A stretch of 39,951 bases of DNA from a virus (lineage: Duplodnaviria; Caudoviricetes): positions 1-39,951 of the IMG/VR virus record IMGVR_UViG_3300037851_000171. One strand, given 5' to 3'. A program made the position numbers and the translations under genes. The notes under the pieces were generated by a model, which was given only the letters and a program-made list of their open reading frames with translations, searched no databases and was not told the DNA's origin. Positions 1 to 8,600 of the stretch are shown here, in pieces (position 1 is the stretch's first letter; the number at the start of each line of letters is the position of its first letter).

Positions 1-127
1 CAGGATCGCGGCCCTGTGTGCGTTGTCCAGCCCTTGCCATATCTTCTCGATGTTGCGCCGCGCGATCTCCCGCTGGTCCTTCTCCAGCCACTGCGGAATC
101 GAGATGATCCAGCTCGGGTTCGCCCCG
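1..127. repeat. 127-bp terminal direct repeat, left copy (circular assembly overlap)
   Basis: 1..127 is identical to 39825..39951. The portal ORF reads in frame across the join. Confidence 0.95.
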
Positions 128-777
128 TTGGCGAAGAAGCGCGCCTGGAACTCCTCGGCAGCCAGGCTCATGCCCAGCGACTGCCGCGCGTAGGCGACCG
201 GGGATAGCCCCGTCAGGCCGCTGGATCCGAAGCCCTTCACGTGCCAGCAGCGATCCTGCGTGAGGATCCGCGTCTTCGTCCCCTCGCGCACCTCGTAGAC
301 GATCCTCCCGCCGGCATCGCGCTTCGGCTCCACGCTCTCGGCCAGTAGCGGGTATAGGCTCACCACCTGGCGGCGGGCGTTGCGCTCGATCTCGGCGTAG
401 GCGTTGCCGCGCAGCGCCAGGTTCGTGATCATCGCCTCGCGGAACTCCACCGAGGTCATGTCCGGGTTCGGCGCCATGGCCAGCACGCTGCCCAGCTGGT
501 GGTCGACCTTGGTGGCGTTGCCGGTGGCCGGATCGCGCTGGTAAACGTGCAGCGGCAGCCCGCCGATCGTCTCGGCCAGAATCCGCACGCAGGCCCACAC
601 CGTGGACACCTGCATCGCCGTCTGCTCCGTGACCGCCTTGCCGGTGTAGCTGGGCGCGCCGGCCATCCAGTTGGCGAAAGCGGCGTCGCGCGCCGTGTAG
701 CTCATCCCCGCGGTGGCCATGTCGCCCTTGATCCCGAAGACCTTGGCGACGACCTTCTGCAGTGCGTTCAATCGCAT
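1..777 (-). CDS. HK97-family portal protein, N-terminal part (continues at 39824..39006; about 531 aa in total)
   Basis: Manual translation from ATG 777 gives MRLNALQKVVAKVFG...VSTVWACVRILAETIGGLPLHVY...LRGNAYAEI...GLSPVAYAR. GAGGGG lies just upstream. The frame matches 39006..39815 after circularisation. Confidence 0.93.
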   Translation of the reverse strand, partial: MRLNALQKVVAKVFGIKGDMATAGMSYTARDAAFANWMAGAPSYTGKAVTEQTAMQVSTVWACVRILAETIGGLPLHVYQRDPATGNATKVDHQLGSVLAMAPNPDMTSVEFREAMITNLALRGNAYAEIERNARRQVVSLYPLLAESVEPKRDAGGRIVYEVREGTKTRILTQDRCWHVKGFGSSGLTGLSPVAYARQSLGMSLAAEEFQARFFANGANPSWIISIPQWLEKDQREIARRNIEKIWQGLDNAHRAAIL

Positions 778-781
778 CCCC

Positions 782-1729
782 TCATCCGTAGACGCAGGAC
801 TCGCACGGCGTGCCGTGGACGTCGCCCCGCAGGTGTGCCGCGCGCAGGTCTTGGTAGGCCTGCGAATTCCACGCCTCCGCGAAGGATTGTTCGTTCAGGT
901 CGCCGCAGTCCCAGTCCGGCGTCGCCCCGAAGCAGCAGGCCGAAAGCATGCCGTTCCAGCGCACGTGCCCCTCCCGGAACGCCGACCAGCACGGCAGCAC
1001 TTCCCGCAGGTTTTGAAGGCGCCCCTGGTTGCCCGCCGACGGCCGGAAGCCCATGGCGCGGTTCTTCTCCGCGTTCTTGGACGACATCTGGCCGAAGTTC
1101 GGCAGCATGTAGTGCTCGTCCACGAACGGCCGCACCTGGCGCTCGAGCAAAGCCTCCAGGCGCTTGCCCTGCTCGCCGTCCAGCTCGATCGAGCTCGCGT
1201 AGATACGCGTCTGGTAGCCGCCGCCGTTCCGGATCCGCCACGCCTCCTGCAGGTTCTGCAGCGCCCTGTCGAAGAGCGCCGGCTTCACCCGCATCACCTC
1301 GCGGAACTGCAGCGCGTCCGCGGCGTTGATCGAGAACTTGAGCGAGTCGATCCCGCAGTTCATCAGCTCCTCGGCCAGGTCAGGCGACAGGTTCGCGCCG
1401 TTGGTGGTGAGGAACACGTACGGGTAGCCGATCTGCTTCACCCAGCGCAAGGCATCCAGCAGCAGGTCCGGCGCCAGGGTGCTCTCGCCGATGAAGAAAA
1501 GCCCCGCCTCGCGCACGCCGAAGTCCAGCGCCTGCTTGCTCGCGCGCTTGAAGAGCTCGAGGTCCATGCGGTTGTTCTTGTTTTCCGCCTGGATCGAGCA
1601 GTACGAGCAGGCGTACTGGCAGCCCGAGTACAGCTCCCACTTGATCGACGGCGGCGCCGGAAGGACCGTCTTCTTCCAGTCCTCCGGCACCAGCGTCACG
1701 TGGTCAATGCGCGTCGTGATCGTGTCCAT
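782..1729 (-). CDS. Radical SAM protein with C-terminal SPASM/Twitch domain (315 aa)
   Basis: CQYACSYC (CxxxCxxC), GES, LTTNG and SLKFSINA motifs. C-terminal PC...GMLSACC...GDL...AWNS...CESC. The start overlaps the terL stop (TGATG). Confidence 0.9.
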   Translation of the reverse strand: MDTITTRIDHVTLVPEDWKKTVLPAPPSIKWELYSGCQYACSYCSIQAENKNNRMDLELFKRASKQALDFGVREAGLFFIGESTLAPDLLLDALRWVKQIGYPYVFLTTNGANLSPDLAEELMNCGIDSLKFSINAADALQFREVMRVKPALFDRALQNLQEAWRIRNGGGYQTRIYASSIELDGEQGKRLEALLERQVRPFVDEHYMLPNFGQMSSKNAEKNRAMGFRPSAGNQGRLQNLREVLPCWSAFREGHVRWNGMLSACCFGATPDWDCGDLNEQSFAEAWNSQAYQDLRAAHLRGDVHGTPCESCVYG

Positions 1730-3426
1730 CAGGTCTCCACCATGATCGGGTTTTCCAGCCAGGCCTCGATGCCGGCCGCCGGGACGATCATCCCGCGCGC
1801 CATCGCCATGATCAGCGCCACGGCGCCGTCGATCTTGTACTGCGGCTTTTCCTTGCGCGGGTAGACGTTGTCCTTCGCGTCCACCTTCGCCGTGACGTTC
1901 GAGATCATCCACGTCGTCACCGGGTTGCCGTCGTGATGCAGGCGGCAGGCCTTCACGGCCGACAGCACCTCCTTCATCGGCGTCGACAGGTTCATCACCG
2001 TCTGCCGCATCTCGACGGTCGAGGCGCCGTCCTTGGCCAGCTGCTGCGCAAGCTGCGTCGCGCGCCACGGGTCGTAGACGACCTCCTTCGCCTGGAAGCG
2101 CTTGCGGTAGTCCAGGACGTCGTCCTTGATCACGTCGAAGTCGATCTCGTCGCCATCGGTGACCGACAGGAACCCCTGCGCGTGCCACTTCCGGTAGCTC
2201 GCCGCGTTCGGGTTGTCCTGGCTCGTCAGCGCCGACTCCGGCACGTAGTACCGCGCGAACCACCAGTAGTGGTCCTGCCCGTTCATGCGGCGCTTGAAGA
2301 GCTGCCCGAAGCACGCGATGTCGTCCTTCGAGGCGAGGTCCAGCACGAACCAGCCCTGGCTGCCGCGGAACTCGTCCAGCTGCAGCCCCTGCTCCTGGCA
2401 CAGGTGCCACGCCTGCAGCGGCATCCACGCCGTACGCGCCGAGCACCACACGTTCAGGTGCTTGGTCTTGAAGCGGTTCTGGTGCATCGGGTTGAACACC
2501 GCCTGTCGCTGCTCGGCCAGCAGGAACTCGTCGTCCACGCTCACGCCGAAGTTCGGATTGGCCTTGCGCAGCACGTCCGGGTTCGTCCAGTCGTCCTCCT
2601 GGTCGATCCCGTACATCACGCAGAACTGCTGCTCGTTTTGTAGCCCACCCTCAAGCACCTTGCGCGCGTTCAGGTGCGCGTCGTAGCACGGCCCCGCCAG
2701 GTTGGTGCCGGCCGTCGTGATCAGGAGCAGCAGCGGCTGCTCCCGCGCGCCCATGCCGGTCTTCATCGTGTCCACCTGGTCCGGCGTCTCGTGCTCGTGG
2801 AACTCGTCCGCGATCGCGCAGTGCGGCGAGGCGCCGTCGCCGGGCTTGCCGATGATCGGCTCGAAGCGGCTCCCGTCCCGGCCGATCGTCAGCTGCTTTG
2901 ACCACACCTCGATCCCGGCGAACTCCCGCAGCTCCGGCGTCACGTCGCACATCTGCCGCGCCGGCCGGAACACCTCCCAGGCCTGCTTCTCCGTCGTGGC
3001 ACCCGAATACACCTCTGACCCGTGCTCGCCGTCCATCGCGAACATGTACAGCCCTATCCCAGCACTCAAAAAACTTTTGCCATTTTTTCTCGGCACCTCG
3101 AGGTACGCCTCGCGGAACCGCCGGCGCCCGTCGCGCTTCCTCAACCATCCGAAGATCGACGCCAGGATCCACACCTGCCACGGCTGCAGCTTCATGAACT
3201 CGCCGCCGCGCGCCCACTTGCCCTTCACGTGCGGCAGGTTCTCGATGAACTCGCAAGCCACCCGCGCCGACTCCTCGTCAAAGCAGTACGGGAAGTCCGG
3301 CTGCCTCACCAGCTCGAGGTCCGCCAAGTGCCGCCGGCACGCGAGCTTCACCCACTTGCAGGCGAGGATCTCCCCGTCCGCCACGCGGCGCGCGTAGTCG
3401 ACGGCGATCTCCCCGTAGCTCGCCAT
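1729..3426 (-). CDS. terL: Terminase large subunit (565 aa)
   Basis: LQPWQ motif, Walker A PRKNGKS, Walker B IADEFHE, ITTAG, nuclease LDLAS...YDPWRA...KIDGAVA. ATG 3426 overlaps the terS stop. Confidence 0.95.
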   Translation of the reverse strand: MASYGEIAVDYARRVADGEILACKWVKLACRRHLADLELVRQPDFPYCFDEESARVACEFIENLPHVKGKWARGGEFMKLQPWQVWILASIFGWLRKRDGRRRFREAYLEVPRKNGKSFLSAGIGLYMFAMDGEHGSEVYSGATTEKQAWEVFRPARQMCDVTPELREFAGIEVWSKQLTIGRDGSRFEPIIGKPGDGASPHCAIADEFHEHETPDQVDTMKTGMGAREQPLLLLITTAGTNLAGPCYDAHLNARKVLEGGLQNEQQFCVMYGIDQEDDWTNPDVLRKANPNFGVSVDDEFLLAEQRQAVFNPMHQNRFKTKHLNVWCSARTAWMPLQAWHLCQEQGLQLDEFRGSQGWFVLDLASKDDIACFGQLFKRRMNGQDHYWWFARYYVPESALTSQDNPNAASYRKWHAQGFLSVTDGDEIDFDVIKDDVLDYRKRFQAKEVVYDPWRATQLAQQLAKDGASTVEMRQTVMNLSTPMKEVLSAVKACRLHHDGNPVTTWMISNVTAKVDAKDNVYPRKEKPQYKIDGAVALIMAMARGMIVPAAGIEAWLENPIMVET

Positions 3427-3878
3427 CAGCCCGGCGCCCCGCCGCCGCGGATCAAGGCGAAGCGGTTGGTGGCCATCGGCACCGTCGCCGGCTGCTGCGC
3501 CGCACGCTTGCCCAGCGCCTTGAGGATCCGCTCCATCCGGTCGTGCGCTGCGGCCGCGATCGCCACGCTCGGGTTGGCCATCGGAATGCCCGTCTCCTTT
3601 ACCAGCACCAGGCCATGCGCGTGCAGGTGCTCGGTGGCCTGCCGCCAGATCACGAACTGCTCGCAGAACATCGCCATCGCCGCGTCCCCCGCCTGCACGC
3701 AGCCGGCCTCGCGCACCACCTGCACCGCACGCCCCCACTCGCGCCGCCCCTGCTCGGACAGGTACGACGGCGGATCCGGGATCCGCGTGTCCACCGGCGC
3801 CTGCACGGGCGTCTCTCGCAGCGCATGCACCGCCTGCGGCGTGCGCTTCCTGCCGCTGCGGCCCTTAACCCCGGCCAT
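3426..3878 (-). CDS. terS: Terminase small subunit (P27-like)
   Basis: GRSGRKRTP N-terminus, PPSYLSEQGRREW, ANPSVAI...LG. Directly upstream of terL. Confidence 0.85.
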   Translation of the reverse strand: MAGVKGRSGRKRTPQAVHALRETPVQAPVDTRIPDPPSYLSEQGRREWGRAVQVVREAGCVQAGDAAMAMFCEQFVIWRQATEHLHAHGLVLVKETGIPMANPSVAIAAAAHDRMERILKALGKRAAQQPATVPMATNRFALIRGGGAPG

Positions 3879-3970
3879 GGCAAACTCCCTGCCAAACTCG
3901 GGACGGATGAAAATGTGATGCCCGCTGCGGTATCCAGCGCCAACCCGCGAAGGAATTTCCCCGCCCCCCC
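3879..3970 (-). other. Probable cos/packaging initiation region
   Basis: Non-coding gap between HNH and terS that begins with a G-run (GGGGGGGCGGGGAAATT). This is the usual cos position in HK97-like phages. The exact cut site cannot be determined. Confidence 0.4.
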
Positions 3971-4348
3971 CTACGCACGGATGGCCTCGCTAGCGCGTGC
4001 GTTGCCGAAGCCGCCGTCCTCAAGCGCGGTCTTGCGGCTATGGCAGGTGCGGCACAGAGGCTGCCAGTTGGCCGAGTCCCAGAACAGGCGCTGGTCGCCG
4101 CGGTGAGGCTCGATGTGGTCGACCTCGCTTGCTGCTGCACCACAGCTGCGGCAGATCGGGTGCGCCATCAGGTACAGGCGGCGCTGAGTGGCCCACTCGC
4201 GCGTGTAGCCGCGCTCGGCCGGCGTGCCGCGCCTTGCATCCACGTTGCGGTGGCGTGCCTTGCGGTGCTCGTCGCAATGCGTCGTGCCGCCCTTGACGAG
4301 GGTCGGGCAGCCTGGCTGGGCGCAGGGTTTCAGGGTTCGTGCTGGCAC
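3971..4348 (-). CDS. Terminase-associated HNH endonuclease (HK97 gp74-like)
   Basis: CAQPGC...RGY...W...PICRSC...EVDHIEPHRGD...NWQPLCRTCHSRKT, immediately upstream of terS. Confidence 0.9.
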   Translation of the reverse strand: MPARTLKPCAQPGCPTLVKGGTTHCDEHRKARHRNVDARRGTPAERGYTREWATQRRLYLMAHPICRSCGAAASEVDHIEPHRGDQRLFWDSANWQPLCRTCHSRKTALEDGGFGNARASEAIRA

Positions 4349-4659
4349 AGTGGGGATCCGATAGGCGCGTCCGTTCGCGGGATGGTAAGCACCGAAAGCG
4401 CGCGCGCTTCACAAGCAATTCCGCGCTGCAGCTTCCAAGTTTGGTCGATCAGCTTGGCCTCGAGCAGCTCCGCGCGCCCTGGTGCGCCTGCGCCGTTCCT
4501 GCTGCGGCAGGCGACGCAAGACACGATCATCCAGATGTTCAGCTGCAGGTGATCGGCGATGTGCTGGTAGGTCCAGCCGTGCACGTCGCGCAGCGCGCGC
4601 ATGATGCGCACGGTGCGGTCGGGTACTGAAGCGCGGCGGGACCAGTTGCGGCGCTTCAT
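4330..4659 (-). CDS. Helix-turn-helix protein, possible late-gene regulator
   Basis: LRDVHGWTYQHIADHLQLNIWMI resembles an HTH. Lies between the replication and packaging genes, with an ATGA overlap. Confidence 0.5.
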   Translation of the reverse strand: MKRRNWSRRASVPDRTVRIMRALRDVHGWTYQHIADHLQLNIWMIVSCVACRSRNGAGAPGRAELLEAKLIDQTWKLQRGIACEARALSVLTIPRTDAPIGSPLCQHEP

Positions 4660-5528
4660 GCCGACTTGCTGGGGATGCGGATGTGATCTGGCCTTGGCGT
4701 CCTGGCAGCCAGTGCTGCCTTGCCTTCGGCGATGGTTGCCTGGCTGGCAGCCAGCCTGCGTTCGGACTGCGCCCTGGCTGCAGCTTCGGCCTTCACGATT
4801 GGCTCGAGGATCGTTTCGATCAGGCCGATACGAAGCGCCCTGTCGCCCTGCTGGACGCGGCCTTGCGTGATGGCCTTGCCGATCTGCGACGGCGTTGCGT
4901 AGCGGAGCATGCGTGCCAGCACGTCAGGGTTGTGCGATGCGTTCTCAACCTTGGCCTGCTTGAGCATGGCCTCAACCGCAGCCACGTGCTGTGGGTTGGG
5001 TTGAGGGTTTTGATTCCCCGACAACGCTTTTGGGGCGGCATCAGTTTTCCCGGTGCTAATTAACACCGTAGAAGCGTTGTTAGTAGGTTCTTCTCTTCTC
5101 TTCTCTTCTCTAGGTAACGCGCCGCTAACGTCCCGCTTACGCTCTGGTAACGCATCGTCCGTTACCTCGCCGTTACCTTTTCCCTTCTTTTTGTGCCTCG
5201 AAACGCGCCTCGCGGTAAGCGCCCTGGCCTTCGCGCTGCACCCGTTGTGCTCTTCGAAACGGGGTATGGAAATGCCTTCGTCAGTCTCCACTAACCAGCC
5301 GACGGAAGCGGTGGCCGCGGCGAAGCCTTTGATGTCCACCTTGCGGTCGATGCGCGCGAGCGTGTAGCCGGGCAGCGCGCCGTCCTCTGAATGTTGATCA
5401 CAGGTTATCCACAGCCAATACAAAGCCCCGACCACGGCCGCCTCGGACTTCCCGACGGTGTCGCAGATCCTCGAGACGCGCGGGTCGTCCCACAAATTGC
5501 AGCGCATCTTGATCCAGTCGCCGGCCAT
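4656..5528 (-). CDS. Replication initiator protein
   Basis: MAGDWIKMRCNLWDDPRV N-terminus, IPRFEEHN and REEKRREE linker typical of lambdoid O-type initiators. Contains internal iteron-like repeats. Confidence 0.75.
   Translation of the reverse strand: MAGDWIKMRCNLWDDPRVSRICDTVGKSEAAVVGALYWLWITCDQHSEDGALPGYTLARIDRKVDIKGFAAATASVGWLVETDEGISIPRFEEHNGCSAKARALTARRVSRHKKKGKGNGEVTDDALPERKRDVSGALPREEKRREEPTNNASTVLISTGKTDAAPKALSGNQNPQPNPQHVAAVEAMLKQAKVENASHNPDVLARMLRYATPSQIGKAITQGRVQQGDRALRIGLIETILEPIVKAEAAARAQSERRLAASQATIAEGKAALAARTPRPDHIRIPSKSA
5113..5177. repeat. Iteron-like repeats (GGTAACGC/CGTTACC), candidate replication origin
   Basis: GGTAACGC at 5113 and 5146, variants at 5124 and 5135, inverted CGTTACC at 5160 and 5171. 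Spacing is about 11 bp, inside the initiator gene. Confidence 0.5.
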
Positions 5529-5897
5529 TCACGTCTCCAGAATGTCGATGTTGTGCAGTGCCTTCATCAGGCGCTTCTTCAGCAGGTACTCGCGGGTGCG
5601 CATGCCCTTGACGTCCTCCACCACTTGGCGCCATTGGCCGTGCTCGTAGGACAGGTAGACGAAGTCCGCGACGTAGCTGCAGATCACGGCCTCGCCCACC
5701 TTCAGGACGTACTTCACCTGGCGGCGCAGTTCGCGGATGCGTTCGGCGCGCAGCAGGGTGGCCAGCTGGCGGGCGCGCTGTGCCTCGCGCCTCGAGTGGT
5801 AGACGACGCCGTCGAACTCGGTCCTGACGGCTCCGAACTTGTTGCCGCGCCGCATGCCGCGGATGACGGTGCCCAGCTGTGGCTTTGGCAGGCTCAC
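5529..5897 (-). CDS. DUF1064-like PD-(D/E)XK endonuclease/resolvase
   Basis: NKFGAVRTEFDGVVYHSRREA...QVKY...YVADFVY...VVEDVKGMRT. GTG start overlaps the upstream stop. Confidence 0.8.
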   Translation of the reverse strand: MSLPKPQLGTVIRGMRRGNKFGAVRTEFDGVVYHSRREAQRARQLATLLRAERIRELRRQVKYVLKVGEAVICSYVADFVYLSYEHGQWRQVVEDVKGMRTREYLLKKRLMKALHNIDILET

Positions 5898-6082
5898 CTG
5901 GCCATCCTCCTGGGCGGTTCCTTGTGCCGGGCTGCGTCGTCGTGCTGGGTGCAGCCGACGGGATCCGGCGACGCCCAGTGGCCGCACATGAGGCGGTGGT
6001 CTGGCGTCAGGCGCAGGTGGCGGCAGGTTTCGCAGCGCACCTCGCCGTGCTTGCGCAGGGTGATGCCGATGCCGCGCTTCAC
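5894..6082 (-). CDS. Small Cys/His-rich hypothetical protein
   Basis: CETCRH...CGH...C. GTGA overlaps at both ends within the operon. Confidence 0.5.
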   Translation of the reverse strand: MKRGIGITLRKHGEVRCETCRHLRLTPDHRLMCGHWASPDPVGCTQHDDAARHKEPPRRMAR

Positions 6083-6297
6083 TTGCCGCCTTTCGCTGCG
6101 AACTGCGTGCAGTGGTGCGGTAGGCCGTGCGCGTACGTGCTGCCGTTCTTCGCCTCGCACACGTAGCCGCGGCGGTGGGCGCAGTCCGCGCAGTGCACGC
6201 GTGTGTCCGGCGGGAAGCGCGGATCGTCAGGCGCGGCGGTGGAGGTAGGCAGAGGCATGCGATCGACCTTCAGCCGATCCTTCGCCACACTCGGCAT
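6079..6297 (-). CDS. Small zinc-binding hypothetical protein
   Basis: DTRVHCADCAH...C...HHC, co-oriented with the cro operon. Confidence 0.55.
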   Translation of the reverse strand: MPSVAKDRLKVDRMPLPTSTAAPDDPRFPPDTRVHCADCAHRRGYVCEAKNGSTYAHGLPHHCTQFAAKGGK

Positions 6298-6551
6298 CCT
6301 TCCCTGCGCTCCTCCGTCGGCTCGGCCAGTCCCATCTTCATCAGCTCGGGCAGGCGGCGCGCGACGGCGACGTGGTCCAGGCCGGATCTCTTGGCGATCT
6401 CGTAGATGTTTCCCGGCGTTGCGAGCGCCGCATGGATGCGGTCGCGGTGGTGGTTGGCGAATGTGGTGGCCTTTCGCGCGGCGTCCTTGGAGGTGGACGG
6501 ATCGCGGCGTCGGGCGGTCGGTGTCGGCAGGATCAGGGCTAGTTGCTGCAT
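6270..6551 (-). CDS. Winged-helix DNA-binding protein
   Basis: ARRRDPSTSKDAA...IYEIAKRSGLDHVAVARRLPEL...CRVW, directly downstream of cro. Confidence 0.7.
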   Translation of the reverse strand: MQQLALILPTPTARRRDPSTSKDAARKATTFANHHRDRIHAALATPGNIYEIAKRSGLDHVAVARRLPELMKMGLAEPTEERREGCRVWRRIG

Positions 6552-6769
6552 GGTGCCCCTCCCCTCACCACCTTCCAGTCGATGTCCGGCCGGATGTCCT
6601 CGACCGTGACCAGGCCGCGGGTAGCGCTTTCGATGGCGATGGCCGCCTCTGCGCTCGGCTGGCGCTCTCCGGCGAGCCAGAAAGCGACCGCCTGCGGGCT
6701 GACGCCCACGGCACGTGCGGTGGCGGCCTGACCACCCAGGATTTCGACGGCCCGTTGAACTTTGCTCAT
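6539..6769 (-). CDS. cro: Cro/YdaS-like repressor (76 aa)
   Basis: LGGQAATARAVGVSPQAVAFW...AIESATRGLVTVEDIRPDIDW, divergent from cI. Confidence 0.88.
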   Translation of the reverse strand: MSKVQRAVEILGGQAATARAVGVSPQAVAFWLAGERQPSAEAAIAIESATRGLVTVEDIRPDIDWKVVRGGAPCSN

Positions 6770-6776
6770 GCCGCGC

Positions 6777-6805
6777 AGTCTACAGTTGTAGAACGAGCCC
6801 GTCAA
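6777..6805 (-). promoter_or_regulatory. Lytic promoter (PR-like) for cro, overlapped by an operator
   Basis: TTGACG-17 nt-TAGACT on the minus strand. The cro ATG is 7 nt downstream. Palindrome TCTACAGTTGTAGA at 6779-6792. Confidence 0.75.
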
Positions 6806-6814
6806 CAATCGTAT

Positions 6815-6843
6815 TTGCAGGGTAACCGTGCTACAACTACTGT
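6815..6843 (+). promoter_or_regulatory. PRM-like promoter for cI
   Basis: TTGCAG-17 nt-TACTGT. The cI ATG is 6 nt downstream with no SD, implying a leaderless mRNA. Confidence 0.55.
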
Positions 6844-6849
6844 TGAGTC

Positions 6850-7491
6850 ATGGCCCTAGGGGCAAACATCAAGCGGTTGCGGTTGGAGCGCGGCTGGGAC
6901 CAGCCGACGCTGTCCGAGAGGTCCGGCGTGGACGTCGGGACGATCTCGGCCCTGGAAGTGCGCGACAGCGAGCGCAGCAAGTACGCGCCGCAGCTGGCCA
7001 CGGCGCTCGGCGTGTCGGTTGGCGAGCTGTACGGAACGGCCGGAGAGATCGGCAGCCCGCCGGCCGGGAGTGAGCACATGGCGCGCGTTCCCGTCGTAGG
7101 CGACGTCCAGGCAGGCGCTGACGGCTACCTCGAGGAGTACGGATACCCGGTAGGCCACGGCTCCCACTACGTCGTGCACCGGACCACCGACAGGAATGCC
7201 TACGGCGTCCGGGTGCGCGGCGACTCGATGCGGCCGAGGATCAAGCGCGGCGAGGTGATCGTGGTGGAACCCGCAAGGCCGTACGAGGCCGGCGACGACG
7301 TGATCGTGAAGCTGAAGGACGGCCGGAAGATGGTGAAGGAGTTCCTGTACCGTCGCGACGGCGAGATCACGCTGAAGTCCGTGAACCAGGACTTCCAGAA
7401 CATCACGATTTCGGTTGAGGACGTCGAGGCCGTCCACGCCGTGGCGGCCATTTACCCGCGTGGCTCCGGCTTTGTGGAGGATGCCGACTGA
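6850..7491 (+). CDS. cI: CI-like repressor (HTH + S24 peptidase)
   Basis: N-terminal HTH IKRLRLERGWDQPTLSERSGV...ISALE, cleavage site VQAG, catalytic GDSM and VKE motifs. Confidence 0.93.
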   Translation: MALGANIKRLRLERGWDQPTLSERSGVDVGTISALEVRDSERSKYAPQLATALGVSVGELYGTAGEIGSPPAGSEHMARVPVVGDVQAGADGYLEEYGYPVGHGSHYVVHRTTDRNAYGVRVRGDSMRPRIKRGEVIVVEPARPYEAGDDVIVKLKDGRKMVKEFLYRRDGEITLKSVNQDFQNITISVEDVEAVHAVAAIYPRGSGFVEDAD

Positions 7492-8057
7492 TGAAGACGA
7501 TCGCACTGTGTGTCATCGCGGCGCTCGGCGTCGCACACGCGGCCGAGCCAATCACGATCAAAGGACTCGCGCCAGGCATCACGAAGGCGCAGATCGAGGA
7601 GCTGCACCCCGGAATGACTTCCAGGTGCAGGGATGTTCCCGGCGATCCGACGACGGACGAGGTGTGCGTGTCGATAGGATCGTCACGTGCAGACCTTCCG
7701 GCGCTGGCGACCTTCGCGGGAGTGCGGGCGAAGTATTACGCCGCGAACCTGCGGAACGGAACGGCGCACACCATTCTCGTCGCCGTCGAGTCCAGCGACT
7801 TTGCGTCTGTGGAGGCCGCGATCACGGAGCGATACGGGAAGCCTGTCGAGAGGAAGCTGTCGACGGTCAAGAACCGGATGGGAGCCGAGTTCGACCAGGT
7901 GCACACGACGTGGCGCCGCGACGACTCGGTGTTGATTGGCCGCAAGCGATCTTTCTCCGTCGACGAGGCGGGATTCCAACTCACCGCCGAAAGCGGGATC
8001 GAGGATCGCGAGAAGCGTCGCAAGGAAGGCGCCAAGGCGTCGGCGAAGGACATGTAG
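7491..8057 (+). CDS. Secreted/periplasmic hypothetical protein co-transcribed with cI
   Basis: Signal peptide MKTIALCVIAALGVAHA/AEP. Start overlaps the cI stop and a terminator follows. Confidence 0.75.
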   Translation: MKTIALCVIAALGVAHAAEPITIKGLAPGITKAQIEELHPGMTSRCRDVPGDPTTDEVCVSIGSSRADLPALATFAGVRAKYYAANLRNGTAHTILVAVESSDFASVEAAITERYGKPVERKLSTVKNRMGAEFDQVHTTWRRDDSVLIGRKRSFSVDEAGFQLTAESGIEDREKRRKEGAKASAKDM

Positions 8058-8073
8058 TCCTCTCCCTCGCTCG

Positions 8074-8100
8074 AAAAGACCCGCTTCGGCGGGCTTTTTT
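8074..8100 (+). terminator. Rho-independent terminator
   Basis: CCCGC-TTCG-GCGGG hairpin followed by C and TTTTTT. Confidence 0.85.
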
Positions 8101-8111
8101 GTGCCCGGCAA

Positions 8112-8171
8112 TCTGCAGCCGTAGACTGCAATTCCACGACAGTTGACAGGCTGACTCTACAAGAGTAGATT
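8112..8171 (+). promoter_or_regulatory. Early promoter (PL-like) with three operator-like sites
   Basis: TTGACA(8143)-17 nt-TAGATT(8166). Sites TCTGCAGCCGTAGA 8112, TCCACGACAGTTGA 8133 and TCTACAAGAGTAGA 8156 fit consensus TCTAC-N4-GTAGA. Confidence 0.8.
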
Positions 8172-8198
8172 CGCTTCCGTCACCCCGACGGAGGCCCG

Positions 8199-8600
8199 AT
8201 GAACCTAGACACCCTGCGCGACCAACGCGCACTGCGAATCAGCGAGGAGCAGCGCGAGCGGCACGAGTCAATCGGCCGGCCGCTGCCCGACGAAAGCCCG
8301 CTGTCCGACGACGAGGAGGAGGTGGCTGCGCGCTTGGCGCCGCAGCTGCCCATCACCGAGGACGACGCGCACCTGGTGATCAACGGCCGCCGGATCCCGA
8401 TCACCTTGCGCGTCTACGGCGACCTGGTGCCGCGCTTCGCGGGCGACCGCGAGACGCCGGAGGAAGGCGCCGGCCTGGACATCACCAAGGTGACCATCGG
8501 CGCGCTGGGCACTGAGATCGACATCGCGGAGCTGCTGGACACGGACGACATTGGCGAGCTCGAGGCTTACGTGCTCGAGGCGATCGGGGAGGGAACGTGA
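8199..8600 (+). CDS. Hypothetical early protein (acidic)
   Basis: GGAGG RBS, first gene after the early promoter. Confidence 0.7.
   Translation: MNLDTLRDQRALRISEEQRERHESIGRPLPDESPLSDDEEEVAARLAPQLPITEDDAHLVINGRRIPITLRVYGDLVPRFAGDRETPEEGAGLDITKVTIGALGTEIDIAELLDTDDIGELEAYVLEAIGEGT

Noticed and set aside
782-1729. Anaerobic sulfatase maturase acting on the tagged serine
   Set aside because: The tags do not fit the [C/S]-x-P-x-R sulfatase motif, no sulfatase is encoded, and the auxiliary Cys set looks like a single-cluster type.
4330-7491. GSP in CI (EIGSPP) and in the 109-aa HTH protein (PIGSPL) as part of the tag system
   Set aside because: Two hits among all non-virion proteins is about what chance would give. 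They are noted as background.
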